Below are positions 25,901-37,660 of a DNA stretch of 64,000 bases, piece by piece. The notes beneath the pieces are model-generated. The model was not told the origin of the DNA. It saw only the letters and a program-made list of their open reading frames with translations, and did no database searches. Location: positions 9,176,001-9,240,000 of the forward strand of contig NC_091289.1 of NCBI RefSeq assembly GCF_032444005.1. Direction: 5' to 3'. Source of the DNA: Ranitomeya imitator. Its lineage: Eukaryota. The position numbers and the translations under genes were made by a program. The first letter of the stretch is position 1; the number at the start of each line of letters is the position of its first letter.

Positions 25901-28900
25901 CTAAAAGCAGCAGTGGATTGCGCCTATCAACTACCTATGCAACTCGGCACTGCCTGAGGAGCTGACTAGCCTGAAGATAGAAATACAAGCCTGACTTACC
26001 TCAGAGAAATACCCCAAAGGAATAGGCAGCCCCCCACATATAATGACTGTTAGCAAGATGAAAAGACAAAACGTAGGAATGAAATAGATTCAGCAAAGTG
26101 AGGCCCGATATTCTAGACAGAGCGAGGATAGCAAAGAGAACTATGCAGTCTACAAAAAACCCTAAAGCAAAACCACGCAAAGGGAGGCAAAAAGACCCAC
26201 CGTGCCGAACTAACGGCACGGCGGTGCACCCTTTGCGTCTCAGAGCTTCCAGCAAAAGAGAATAGCACAGCTGGACAGAAAAAACGGAAACAAAATCAAA
26301 GTAACACTTATCTAGCAGAGCAGCAGGCCACAGGAAAGATGCAGTAGCTCAGATCCAACACTGGAACATTGACAAGGAGCAAGGAAGACAGACTCAGGTG
26401 GAGTTAAATAGCAAGGCAGCCAACGAGCTCACCAAAACACCTGAGGGAGGAAGCCCAGAGGCTGCAATACCACTTGTGACCACAGGAGTGAATTCAGCCA
26501 CAGAATTCACAACAGTGCACTGCTCTCCTGAAATACTCTGTGCTGCCAAAGATGACCGGCCCCGTTTACATCACCACACGGAGCTGCTTTTTCCTTTTCC
26601 GTCTTACCGACTCATTTCTTCGAACTCCTCGAAGGTCGTCCAACATTTCAGAGCCTCTGTCCTGACTTTCTTCTTCCCTCTGACTTTTCCCTTAACCCAT
26701 TTGACATATTCTTCTGGAGGGTACGGAGCTTCCCCGACGGAGATTCTGGAAGCTTCTTCCTGCTTGTATTCTGACTTTGCAGAGAAGATTCGCCTGTAAT
26801 GTATGTACACAGTGACTGCACCAGCAGAATAGTGAGTGCAGCTCTGGAGGATAATACAGTAGGTAACTCAGGATCAGTAATGTAATGTATGTACACAGTG
26901 CCTGCACCAGCAGAATAGTGAGCACAGCTCTGGGGTATAATACAGCATGTAACTCAGGATCAGTAATGTAATGTATGTACACAGTGACTGCACCAGCAGA
27001 ATAGTGAGTGCAGCTCTGGAGTATAATACAGGATGTAACTCAGGAACAGTAATGTAATGTATGTACACAGTGACAGCACCAGCAGAATAGTGAGTGCAGC
27101 TCTGGAGTATAATACAGGATGTAACTCAGGATCAGTAATGTAATGTATGTACACAGTGACTGCACCAGCAGAATAGTGAGTGCAGCTCTGGAGTATAATA
27201 CAGGATGTAACTCAGGATCAGTAATGTATGTACACAGTGACTGCACCAGCAGAATAGTGAGTGCAGCTCTGGAGTATAATACAGGATGTAACTCAGGATC
27301 AGTAATGTAATGTATGTACACAGTGACTGCACCAGCAGAATAGTGAGTGCAGCTCTGGAGTATAATACAGGATGTAACTCAGGATCAGTAATGTATGTAC
27401 ACAGTGACTGCACAAGCAGAATAGTGAGTGCAGCTCTGGAGTATCATACAGGATGTAACTCAGGATATTCAATGAGTTTAGGGCCTCACATTAGTTTGTC
27501 CTCTTGCTTCTATCTATCGGTCGGTGAGATCGGGGCACACCTTGCAATAAACCAAAGAGAATATGTTTCTGGAGATCCATCTTGTCGTTTCCTGATATAA
27601 GTAGGGCAGGTAGACACATACAGTTATGGCCGTAAGTGCTGGCGCCCTTGAAATTGTTCCAGAGAATTCTTACAATTACACGTTGTTGTTATTATTATTA
27701 TTGACAGCCTTAGGCTGGATCTCGAGCCATGGTGACTTGATGAATGAGCGATCTTTAGGAAGATCCATCTTGTGCCAACCTAGATGGGTCCACCAGAGTC
27801 TTCGTTTCGTTATCATGATTGTATCAAGCCCTCGGGTTGCTGGTCTTCCTCTTCGCCTTGTTCCTTCTATTCTTCCATGATGTCCTTCTCCAGTGACCAA
27901 TCTCTTCGTATGATGTCTCCAAAGCTGTTCTCCATCCTTAGTGTTGCACTCACAGTCACACAATACAAAGATTGAAGCAACTTTTCCCCTTTTTGTTTGA
28001 TTTCCGACACGATTTTCATAATGCCCACACCTGTTACTTGCCACTGGAGAGTCTGTACGAGCATCACATGCTGAAAACAAAGTTGTTTACACTCAATTTC
28101 AGAAAGTTGCCAACAATTTTGTCCAGGCCATTTTGGGGTTTTGTGTGAAATTATGTCCAATTTGCCCTTTGTTTCCTCAGTTTTTTTGTGTTGCTCCAAT
28201 AAACACAAAAGGAAATAAACCTGTGTATATCAGAACGCGTGTAAGTGCAATAATTGTCTGGGAGAAATACTTAATTTTCTGGAACAACTTCAAGGGTGCC
28301 AACACTTTCGGCCATGGCTGGATTTTGCCCTTTTATCACCAGGATGGGGTATGGTTTGAACCCCTAACATAAGGGGCTTTTTCTCGTTTTTGGGGCCAGG
28401 ATTGATCCCATATAATTTGTGTTGTTCTCATAGCTTTTTACCCGGACTCTGAAGAACTCCTCATCGTCTTGCCCGTTCTTGCCGCCTCTGGAGACGTCGC
28501 CCCATTGTTCGCCATCCTGGTCGTATGCTTGGGTCTGAGCGCTGTCCCGGGCTGTCGGAGCTGCAGATGTTCTTTAGACTCACAGATCAGCTTATCCCCG
28601 GGGTGCAGTAAAGCTGCGCATAGGAAAAAATGGGATCTCGTCAGGCTCAGAGCGGCTGTAGCGCGAGGATGTGGGGATGAAGTCGGGGTGTCACCTCGTT
28701 CCAGCAGCGTCTCGGTGAGGGGCACCCCGCGGGCCTGGCACAGTTTTAGGATCTGGTAGTATTGCTGCAGGCCCAGTCGTCTGAACTGCTCCACCCGGTC
28801 CGCTGCCTCCTCTCCCAGCGTAGAGGGCAGAGCGTGGCCATCGATGGCGGCATTACCGCTACGCACCAGGCGGCACTGCTCCAGCCATTCTAATAGCCGG

Positions 28901-31900
28901 GTGTTGCTCTAAGGACAGAAGAAATACCCAACAGGCATAACTAGACTTATCAATCAGGAGCTTAGGAAAGATGGATCACAGCCCCAGGGTAAATGAGGAT
29001 GCTGGGACTTGTAGTTCCTGCCATGTTTCATCCCTGTGGTTTCGTATCCGATGCCCTCACCTGTGCTCTTCGTCTCCTTTCCCTGTAATTTTTTCCGATT
29101 TCCTCCATGTCCTCGTAGCTGAGGGGTCTCATCTCATCCAGACTGATGGGGGGCACCTGTAAAAAGTGCGATTTGCTGCTGTCGCTCGGCGCACTGTGTG
29201 GTGGACGGGATCTACATCTGGAAAAAAATGAGCCATCGAGAGTTACAGAAACAGACGCCTCGGGCCGAGCATCACCGGGTGGCGGGAACCATTGTGCTTT
29301 ATCTGCGGACACAAAACAAAGGACATATGAGAATAAAAAAGTCCAGAGCGTCGGAAGGCGCATGACCACTTTACCGCACCGTGAGTCACCAACCCGCCGC
29401 TCTTCCTCTCGGCTCTTGTATTCTTCCACCATAAATGGCGCCCAACTGAAAGCTCCTTGTAATTGACGTGATTTGGATGTTTGATGCCGAGTGAGATGAC
29501 CAAATCATCAAACTGCAAGTCACTGATAGGTATCATGGCCTGGAAACATACATACATGATATAATACTGCCCCTATGTGCAAGAATATAACTACTATAAT
29601 ACTGCCCCTATGTGCAAGAATAGAGCTACTATAATACTGCCCCTATGTACAAGAATAGAGCTACTATAATACTGCCCCTATGTACAAGAATATAACTACT
29701 ATAATACTGCCCCTATGTACAAGAATATAACTACTATAATACTGCCCCTATGTACAAGAATATAACTACTATAATACTGCCCCTATGTACAAGAATATAA
29801 CTACTATAATACTGCACCTATGTACAAGAATATAACTACTATAATACCGCCCCTATGTACAAGAATATAATTACTATAATACCGCTCCTATATACAAGAA
29901 TATAACTACTATAATACTGCCCCATGTACAAGAATATAACTACTATAATACTGCTCCTATGTAAAAGAATATAACTACTATAATACTGCTCCTATATACA
30001 AGAATATAACTACTATAATACTGTCTATGTACAAGAATATAACTACTATAATACTGCCCCTATGTACAAGAATATCACTACTATAATACTGCTCCTATGT
30101 ATAAGAATATCACTACTATAATACTGCTCCTATGTATAAGAATATCACTACTATAATACTGCTCCTATGTATAAGAATATCACTACTATAATACTGCCCC
30201 TATGTACAAGAATATAACTACTATAATACTGCTCCTATGTAAAAGAATATAACTACTATAATACTGCTCCTATGTATAAGAATATCACTACTATAATACC
30301 GCTCCTATGTATAAGAATATCACTACTATAATACTGCCCCTATGTACAAGAATATAACTACTATAATACTGCTCCTATGTAAAAGAATATAACTACTATA
30401 ATACTGCTCCTATATACAAGAATATAACTGCTATAATACTGTCTATGTACAAGAATATAACTACTATAATACTGCTCCTATATACAAGAATATAACTACT
30501 ATAATACTGTCTATGTACAAGAATATAACTGCTATAATACTGCTCCTATGTATAAGAATATCACTACTATAATACTGCCCCTATGTACAAGAATATCACT
30601 ACTATAATACTGCCCTCTATGTACAAGAATATAACTAATATAATACTGTCCCCATGTACAAGAATATAACTACTATAATACTGCCCCCTATGTACAGGAA
30701 TATAACTACTATAATACTGCCCCTATGTGCAAGAATAGAACTACTATAATACTGCCTCTATGTACAAGAATATAACTACTATAATACTGCTCCTATGTAA
30801 AAGAATATAACTACTATAATACTGCCCCTATGTACAAGAATAGAACTACTATAATACTGCTCCTATGTACAAGAATATAACTACTATAATACTGTCTATG
30901 TACAAGAATATAACTACTATAATAGTGCTCCTATGTATAAGAATATCACTACTATAATACTGCTCCTATGTATAAGAATATCACTACTATAATACTGCTC
31001 CTATGTAAAAGAATATAACTACTATAATACTGCTCCTATATACAAGAATATAACTACTATAATACTGTCTATGTACAAGAATATCACTACTATAATACTG
31101 CCCCTATGTACAAGAATATAACTACTATAATACTGCCCCCTATGTACAAGAATATAACTAATATAATACTGTCCCTATGTACAAGAATATAACTACTATA
31201 ATACTGCCCCCTATGTACAAGAATATAACTAATATAATACTGTCCCTATGTACAAGAATATAACTACTATAATACTGCTCCTACGTACAAGAATATAACT
31301 ACTATAATACTGCTCCTACGTACAAGAATATAACTACTATAATACTGCTCCTATATACAAGAATATAACTACTATAATACTGCTCTTATGTACAAGAATA
31401 TAACTACTATAATACTGCCCCCTATGTACAGGAATATAACTACTATAATACTGCTCCTATGTACAATTATATAACTACTATAATACTGCCCCTATGTACA
31501 AGAATATAACTACTATAATACCGTCCTATGTAGATGATATAACTACCGCAGCACTCAAACTCTGTGGACGGGTTACACGATGAGTACAGTCTGGACATGT
31601 TTTCGTCACCTCTTTCCTCACAGACTTCAGGTCGTGACTGGAGATTTCCTTCTTCTTGCGTTTGTTCGTCTGGTTGTAGAGATCCACCAGGCGCAGCCGT
31701 CGTTGGTGCAGGTAGTTGGCCATTATTGCCAGGGCTTCGGGGCTGGGTTGCTGGATGCTGGGGGTGACCCTGTTGCGCTGTGCGCTCTTTGACGCGCTGA
31801 CTTCTTCATCCTATAGATCACATTAGGGAGGAGTGATGAGAGAAGACTATGACTCCCATCATCAGGGGGAGCGGAGGTTTCGGCTGCCTCTTGGTGTAGT

Positions 31901-32405
31901 CCCTACATGATGGGCATTGTAGTTGTAGACCTCGGCTTGCTGTACTCACCACATCCTCAGAATCCTCCCTGGACGCCCGGCTTTCCTCTCGTCTCTCCAC
32001 CATTTTTTTCCGTACACGTTTCTCCAGATCCGTCAGCTCCGATTTTCCTTGCAGCCATTTTTCGACGTCCCCCATATTGTCCACTTGTGACCGGAGATTC
32101 TTCCTGTCCAGTATCCAGTCTGACACGCTCCTCCCGGCCGGGCTCGGCTCCTCCATCACTCTCGTCCCATCACCTTGTGACTTGTGGAGGCCCCTGGAGT
32201 CCACATTGGTCTCCCCTTTAATTTCTTGTCTCTCCGCTTCCAATTTTTCCATTGGGGGAGCAAAGATTCGTCGGATCCTTGACTTTGGAGGTCCGAACGT
32301 CCTGCAAGCCACCCTGAAGAAGCGAGTCTGGGCCAGGTCCCGCTCTTTCCACCCCGTCGGCCCATTATTGGGGGTCTGGTCTAGGAAGGAAACCTCTTTA
32401 GCCAT
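19926..32405 (-). CDS. EFCAB12: EF-hand calcium-binding domain protein 12, spliced; start codon uncertain
   Basis: Phase-consistent exons: 32405(first in-frame ATG)-31950, 31810-31610, 29539-29380, 29302-29061, 28908-28695, 28613-28442, 26793-26608, 20043-19926 (TGA). Motifs RKNLRSQVDNMGDVEKWL, RPLSYEDMEEIGKNYRERRR, EQCRLVRSGN..IDGHALPST, ALLHPGDKL..LRQPG and NAFWPGQMLDKLRIYLP match recalled human EFCAB12, and the position between RPL32 and MBD4 agrees. AATAAA at 19885-19890. Confidence 0.85.
20475..20802. repeat. 83-bp tandem array (4 copies, last one interrupted by the LTR element and resuming at 26515)
   Basis: ctcctgaaat at 20475, 20558, 20641, 20724; the continuation gtgcactgctctcctgaaatactctgtgctg follows the element. 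Confidence 0.9.
20803..26514 (-). mobile_element. Full-length Ty3/Gypsy chromovirus LTR retrotransposon (Tf1/sushi group)
   Basis: LTRs at 25760-26514 (5') and 20803-21556 (3'), both TG...CA, with only about ten differences by eye over ~755 bp. PPT AAG(G)n at 21571-21560. Flanked by a GTGCAC duplication (20797-20802 and 26515-26520). Confidence 0.97.
21549..25643 (-). CDS. Gag-Pol polyprotein: gag, CCHC knuckle, aspartic protease, RT, RNase H, integrase, chromodomain
   Basis: Uninterrupted 1364-codon ORF; first ATG at 25619 (MDIQAL). Motifs: CFYCGDSTHAISDC, FVDSGA, YLDD, VDAS/ELLA/TDH, H-H-C-C plus ISMDF/VSDRG/QTER, and chromodomain EYIVEKILDSR...YLVKWKGY. The stop lies 8 nt inside the 3' LTR. 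Confidence 0.96.
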   Translation of the reverse strand: MLQDTAVDMDIQALCFSMDNLVINVQKIQDTIDQKSMLEPRIPIPDLFFGDRTKFLSFKNNCKLFLALKPHSSGNPIQQVLIIISFLRGDPQDWAFSLAPGDPALSNVDAFFQALGLLYDEPNSVDQAEKNLLALCQGQDDVEVYCQKFRKWSVLTLWNESALAAWFRKGLSEALKDVMVGFPMPAGLNESMSLAIQISRRLRERKSVHHLAVLSESKPEPMQCDRTMTRVERQEYRRLNGLCFYCGDSTHAISDCPKRTKRFDSSAVIGTVQSKFLLSITLICSLSSFSVMAFVDSGAALNLMDLDYAKRCGFFLEPLRCPIPLRGIDATPLAKNKPQYWAQLTMCMAPAHQEVIRFLVLHNLHDVVVLGLPWLQTHNPVLDWNFMSVSSWGCQGVHGDVPFLSISSSTPSEVPEFLSDYQDVFEEPKSDALPPHRDCDCAINLIPGSKFPKGRLFNLSVPEHTAMRSYVKESLEKGHIRPSSSPLGAGFFFVAKKDGSLRPCIDYRLLNKITVKFQYPLPLLSDLFARIKGASWFTKIDLRGAYNLVRIRQGDEWKTAFNTPEGHFEYLVMPFGLANAPSVFQSFMHDIFREYLDKFLIVYLDDILIFSDDWESHVKQVRMVFQVLRANSLFVKGSKCLFGVQKVSFLGFIFTPSTIEMDPVKVQAIQDWTQPTSLKSLQKFLGFANFYRRFICNFSSIARPLTDLTKKGADLVNWSSAAVEAFQELKRRFCSAPVLCQPDVSLPFQVEVDASEIGAGAVLSQRGSGCSVLKPCAFFSRKFSAAERNYDVGNRELLAMKWAFEEWRHWLEGAKHRVVVLTDHKNLTYLESAKRLNPRQARWSLFFARFDFVISYLPGSKNVKADALSRSFVPDSPGLSEPASILKEGVIVSAISPDLRRVLQKFQANKPDRCLAEKLFVPDRWTNKLISELHCSVLAGHPGIFGTRELVARSFWWPSLSRDVRTFVQSCGICARAKPCCSRASGLLLPLPVPKRPWTHISMDFISDLPVSQKMSVIWVVCDRFSKMVHLVPLVKLPSSSDLVPLFFQHVVRLHGIPENIVSDRGSQFVSTFWRAFCGRMGIDLSFSSAFHPQTNGQTERTNQTLETYLRCFVSADQDDWVSFLPLAEFALNNRASSATLVSPFFCNSGFHPRFSSGQVESSDCPGVDSVVDRLQQIWTQVVDNLTLSQEKAQLFANRRRRVGPRLRVGDLVWLSSRHIPMKVSSPKFKPRFIGPYRISEILNPVSFRLTLPDSFSIHNVFHRSLLRRYVAPMVPSVEPPAPVLVEGELEYIVEKILDSRVSRRKLQYLVKWKGYAQEDNSWVFASDVHAPDLVRAFHVAHPGRPGGSGEGSVTPPQGGGVLL
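26796..27466. repeat. 86-bp satellite (copy cluster 2), EFCAB12 intron
   Basis: Same unit as 1-285; abuts the acceptor AG at 26794-26795. Confidence 0.92.
27621..28320. mobile_element. Degenerate, internally deleted Tc1/mariner element
   Basis: Inverted ends TA|CAGTTATGGCCGTAAGTGCTGGCGCCCTTGAAATTGTTCCAG and CTGGAACAACTTCAAGGGTGCCAACACTTTCGGCCATGGCTG; no intact transposase. Confidence 0.7.
29560..31545. repeat. 35-bp minisatellite (second locus), ~55 copies, EFCAB12 intron
   Basis: Same unit as 1434-3655; fills almost the whole intron 29540-31609. Confidence 0.95.
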
Positions 32406-32959
32406 CGTACAGATTTGGGCCGGGCACCATGGGTTTCGGGTGCTGGGGGATGTCAGCACTTATGGCCGTCTGATCGTCGCAGGTACTGAGTCGGAGCTGA
32501 CCGGTGACATCAGGAGGTGAAAAAAAGGCTGAAAAAGGTACAAATTGCCAACAATTACCAGTTCTATCAGCTCAGACTGGGATAATGGCTGCATCCGAAC
32601 CTCCCGTAGCGTCAGCAGCACCAGATGGAACGGGACATCAGATCCAGGGAGATAAGAGACATCATGGGACCCAAAGCAAAAGGGCAAAGTGCTACCCCTC
32701 TAAAAACAAAGATGTGGCAGAGCCACTGTGCCGCACAGAAGGGAGTACGCACTGCTAACAAAAGGGAAGTGGGACACGTATCGCAGCCCCCAGACTGAGG
32801 TACTGCATGGTCCCCGCAGAAAGTGATGTCTGCACAGTGATTTCCCCCAATTTACCCCCACACACAGTATGAGGCCTCTACAGTTCCCCCAAAACAGTAC
32901 AGTGCTACTATAGTGAACCAACGCAGTGAAGTGCCCCAACACATCATGAAGCACCAGTG

Positions 32960-35900
32960 CTCCCCACACAGTACGATGCCACAGTGCCCCCAACATAATG
33001 ATTCCTCCAGAGTGCCCAAAACACAGGATGCCCCATAGTATGATTCCCCCACAGTGCCCCCAACATAGTATGATTCCTGCACATTACTTCCACCATAGTA
33101 TGATTCCTCCATAGTGCCCCCAACATAGTATGATTCCCCCACAGTGCCCCCAACATAGTATGATTCCTCCAGAGTGCCCGCAATATAGTATGAGTCTCCC
33201 ACAGTGCCCCCAACATAGTATAATTCCCCCACAGTGCCCCAACATAGTATGAGTTACCCACAGTGCCCCCAACCTAGTATGATACCTCCACAGTGCCCCC
33301 AACATAGTATGAGTACCCCACAGTGCCCCCAACATAGTATGATTCCTCCACAGTGCCCCGAACATAGTATGATTCCTCCACAGTGCTCCCAACATAGTAT
33401 GAGTACCCCACAGTGCCCCCAACATAGTATGAGTACCTCACAATGCCCCCAACGTAGTATGATTCCCCCACAGTGCCTCCAATATAGTATGGGTCCTCCA
33501 CAGTGCCCCCAACATAGTATGAGTACCCCACAATACCCCCAACATAGTATGGGTCCCCCACAGTGCCCCCAATATAGTATAATTCCTCCACAGTGCCCCC
33601 AACATAGTATAAGTACCCCACAATGCCCCCAATGTAGTATGATTCCCCCACAGTGCCCCAATATAGTATGATTCCTCCACAGTGCCCCCAACATAGTATG
33701 GGTCCCCCACAGTGCCCCAAACCTAGTATGATTCCCCCACAGTGCCCCCAACATAGTATGATTCCTCCATAGTGCCCCCAACATAGTATGAGTCCCCCAC
33801 AGTGCCTCCAACATAGTATGATTCCTCCACAGTGCCCCCAACATAGTATGGGTCCCCCACAGTGCCCCCAACCTAGTATGATTCCTCCACAGTGCCCCCA
33901 ACATAGTATGATTCCTCCATAGTGCCCCCAACATAGTATGAGTCCCCCACAGTGCCTCCAACATAGTATGATTCCTCCACAGTGCCCCCAACATAGTATG
34001 AGTCCCCCACAGTGCCCCCAACATAGTATGATTCCTCCACAGTGCCCCCAACATAGTATGGGTCCCCCACAGTGCCCCATAGTATGATTCCTGCACAGTG
34101 CCCCCAACATAGTATGATTCCTCCACAGTGCCCCCAACATAGTATGATTCCCCCACAGTGCCCCCAGCATAGTATGATTCCCCCACAGTGCCCCCAGCAT
34201 AGTATGATTCCTGCACATTACTTCCACCATAGTATGATTCCTCCATAGTGCCCCCAACATAGTATGGGTCCCCCACAGTGCCCCAAACATAGTATGATTC
34301 CTGCACAGTGCCCCCAACATAGTATGATTCCTCCACAGTGCCCCCAACATAGTACGAGTCCCCCACAGTGCCCCCAACATAGTAGGATTCCTCCACAGTG
34401 CCAACATAGTATGATTCCTCCACAGTGCCCCCAACATAGTATGAGTCCCCCACAGTGCCCCCAACATAGTATGATTCCTCCACAGTGCCAACATAGTATG
34501 ATTCCTCCATAGTGCCCCCAACATAGTATGGGTCCCCCACAGTGCCCCAAACATAGTATGATTCCTGCACAGTGCCCCCAACATAGTATGATTCCTCCAC
34601 AGTGCCCCCAACATAGTATGAGTCCCCCACAGTGCCCCCAACATAGTATGATTCCTCCACAGTGCCAACATAGTATGATTCCTCCACAGTGCCCCCACCA
34701 TAGTATGGGTCCCCCACAGTGCCCCAAACATAGTATGATTCCTGCACAGTGCCCCCAACATAGTATGATTCCTCCACAGTGCCCCCAACATAGTATGATT
34801 CCCCCACAGTGCCCCAGCATAGTATGATTCCCCCACAGTGCCCCCAACATAGTATGATTCCTGCACATTACTTCCACCATAGTATGATTCCTCCATAGTG
34901 CCCCCAACATAGTATGGGTCCCCCACAGTGCCCCAAACATAGTATGATTCCTGCACAGTGCCCCCAACATAGTATGATTCCTCCACAGTGCCCCCAACAT
35001 AGTATGAGTCCCCCACAGTGCCCCCAACATAGTATGAGTCCCCCACAGTGCCCCCAACATAGTATGAGTCCCCCACAGTGCCCCCAACATAGTATGAGTC
35101 CCCCACAGTGCCCCCAACATAGTATGATTCCTCCACAGTGTCAACATAGTATGATTCCTCCACAGTGCCCCCAATATAGTATGATTCCTCCACAGTGCCC
35201 CCAACATAGTATGGGTCCCCCACAGTGCCCCCAACATAGTATGATTCCTCCACAGTGCCTCCAACATAGTATGATTCCCCCACAGTGCCCCCAACATAGT
35301 ATTATTCCCCCACAGTGCCCCCAACATAGTATTATTCCCCCACAGTGCCCCCAACATAGTATAATTCCCCCACAGTGCCTCCAACATAGTATGATTCCCC
35401 CACAGTGCCCCCAACATAGTATGATTCCTCCACAGTGCCCCCAACATAGTATGGGTCCCCCACAGTGCCCCCAACCTAGTATGATTCCTCCACAGTGCCC
35501 CCAACATAGTATGATTCCTCCATAGTGCCCCCAACATAGTATGAGTCCCCCACAGTGCCTCCAACATAGTATGACTCCTCCACAGTGCCCCCAACATAGT
35601 ATGAGTCCCCCACAGTGCCCCCAACATAGTATGATTCCTCCACAGTGCCTCCAACATAGTATGATTCCTCCACAGTGCCCCCAACATAGTATGGGTCCCC
35701 CACAGTGCCCCAAACATAGTATGATTCCTGCACAGTGCCCCCAACATAGTATGATTCCTCCACAGTGCCCCCAACATAGTATGAGTCCCCCACAGTGCCC
35801 CCAACATAGTATGATTCCTGCACAGTGCCCCCAACATAGTATGATTCCTCCACAGTGCCCCCAACATAGTATGATTCCCCCACAGTGCCCCCAACATAGT

Positions 35901-36650
35901 ATGATTCCCCCACAGTGCCCCCAACATAGTATGATTCCCCCACAGTGCCCCCAGCATAGTATTATTCCCCCACAGTGCCCCCAACATAGTATAATTCCCC
36001 CACAGTGCCTCCAACATAGTATGATTCCCCCACAGTGCCCCCAACATAGTATGATTCCTCCACAGTGCGCCCAACATAGTATGGGTCCCCCACAGTGCCC
36101 CCAACCTAGTATGATTCCTCCACAGTGCCAACATAGTATGATTCCTCCATAGTGCCCCCAACATAGTATGATTCCTCCACAGTGCCTCCAACATAATATG
36201 ATTCCTCCACAGTGCCCCCAACATAGTATGGGTCCCCCACAGTGCCCCCAACATAGTATGATTCCTGCACAGTGCCCCCAACATAGTATGATTCCTCCAC
36301 AGTGCCCCCAACATAGTATGAGTCCCCCACAGTGCCCCCAACATAGTATGATTCCTCCACAGTGCCAACATAGTATGATTCCTCCACAGTGCCCCCAACA
36401 TAGTATGATTCCCCCACAGTGCCCCCAACATAGTATGATTCCCCCACAGTGCCCCCAACATAGTATGATTCCCCCACAGTGTCCCCAACATAGTATGATT
36501 CCCTCACAGTGCCCCCAACATAGTATAATTCCCCTACAGTGCCCCCAACATAGTATAATTCCCCCAGTGCCTCCAACATAGTATAAATCCCCCACAGTGC
36601 CTCCAACATAGTATAATTCCCCCACAGTGCCCCCAACATATTATGATGTC
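32960..36650. repeat. 30-bp minisatellite, >100 copies, EFCAB12 5' region
   Basis: Unit cacagtgcccccaacatagtatgattcctc, with degenerate tails to about 32830 and 36830. Confidence 0.95.
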
Positions 36651-37559
36651 CTCTCAGTGCTCCCCCAGTGTCTCAAAACACAATAAGATGCCCCCACAGT
36701 GCCCCTCAACACATAATGATGTCCTCACAGTTCTCCCACCCAAATACAGTACGATGACCCCAATATTATGCCCCCATAGTGACCCCAACGCAATACGATG
36801 CCCCCACAGTGCCCCACAACACATTACACGCAGCGCGGGACACCTGGGGCGCAGTCAGTATTTTGTGTTCCTTAGTCCATGGACTGTTAGCGGTCCCCAG
36901 CCCCGTCCCTGAGCCACGAATTCCCCAATCACTTGTGAAAACGCCGATCTCATTATAATTTGTCTTTTCTCGTTATAATTCTTTATTTTCCACTTTCCAC
37001 TGAAGTCCGACAAAATCAGAATATAAAGTTACACGTTGTTATTATTTTTGTCATCTGTTTTCTATGTAAATATTTTCTTACCCTCGCCCTAATCCTAACA
37101 TTTTACGCCCCTCCCCCCCCCAGCATTGGCCCCAGCCCCCCCATCCTGACCTCATATCAATGTCTGGACTGGTTGCAATAGTAGCGAACAATCAGCCGTG
37201 AGCGGACGCTCATTCTGTAGAAGTAAGCCATGTTCCCATTCACTGACAACAAGCAGTTCGTGAAATTCGTGAGGAACCAAAAGACAAAGCACATTAGAAC
37301 GCTGCGGGGCGACACGTCTCAGACCGCGCGCTCATCCGGGCATTATTACATCAGTGTGAACAGAAAGCGCCGAACAATCAGATATTCTGGATTAGCGGAC
37401 ACACGGAAAAGTACAAAAAGTTTTGCATATTCCCCGGCAAAGCACTAATTGGAGGGTGGGCTGCTGTTTGTATCCTGTCTTCCTTTAGAAGCCCCCTGAT
37501 CTGTCAGAATCCCCCCACAGATGTAGAGGACCAGTGTTATCCCCCCAGGTGCAGAGAAC

Positions 37560-37660
37560 GCCTCCCCACACACCTGAGCAGCCAGCGCCTTCGCACAGTG
37601 TGTACAGCTCGCCATGGTAACAGCACCGCCCCCACTCACTGATTGGATAAGAGCCAAACT
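37560..37660 (-). promoter_or_regulatory. Putative EFCAB12 promoter (CCAAT, GC box, RFX X-box)
   Basis: In minus-strand order: CCAAT (37646-37642), GGGCGG (37631-37626), then near-palindromic X-box CTCGCCATGGTAAC (37608-37621). It lies between the MBD4 3' end and the first EFCAB12 coding exon found. Confidence 0.55.

Noticed and set aside
33234-36639. Long Cys/Gly-, Pro/Gln- and Tyr-rich repeat ORFs
   Set aside because: Stop-free frames of a 30-bp tandem repeat; no splice or start context.
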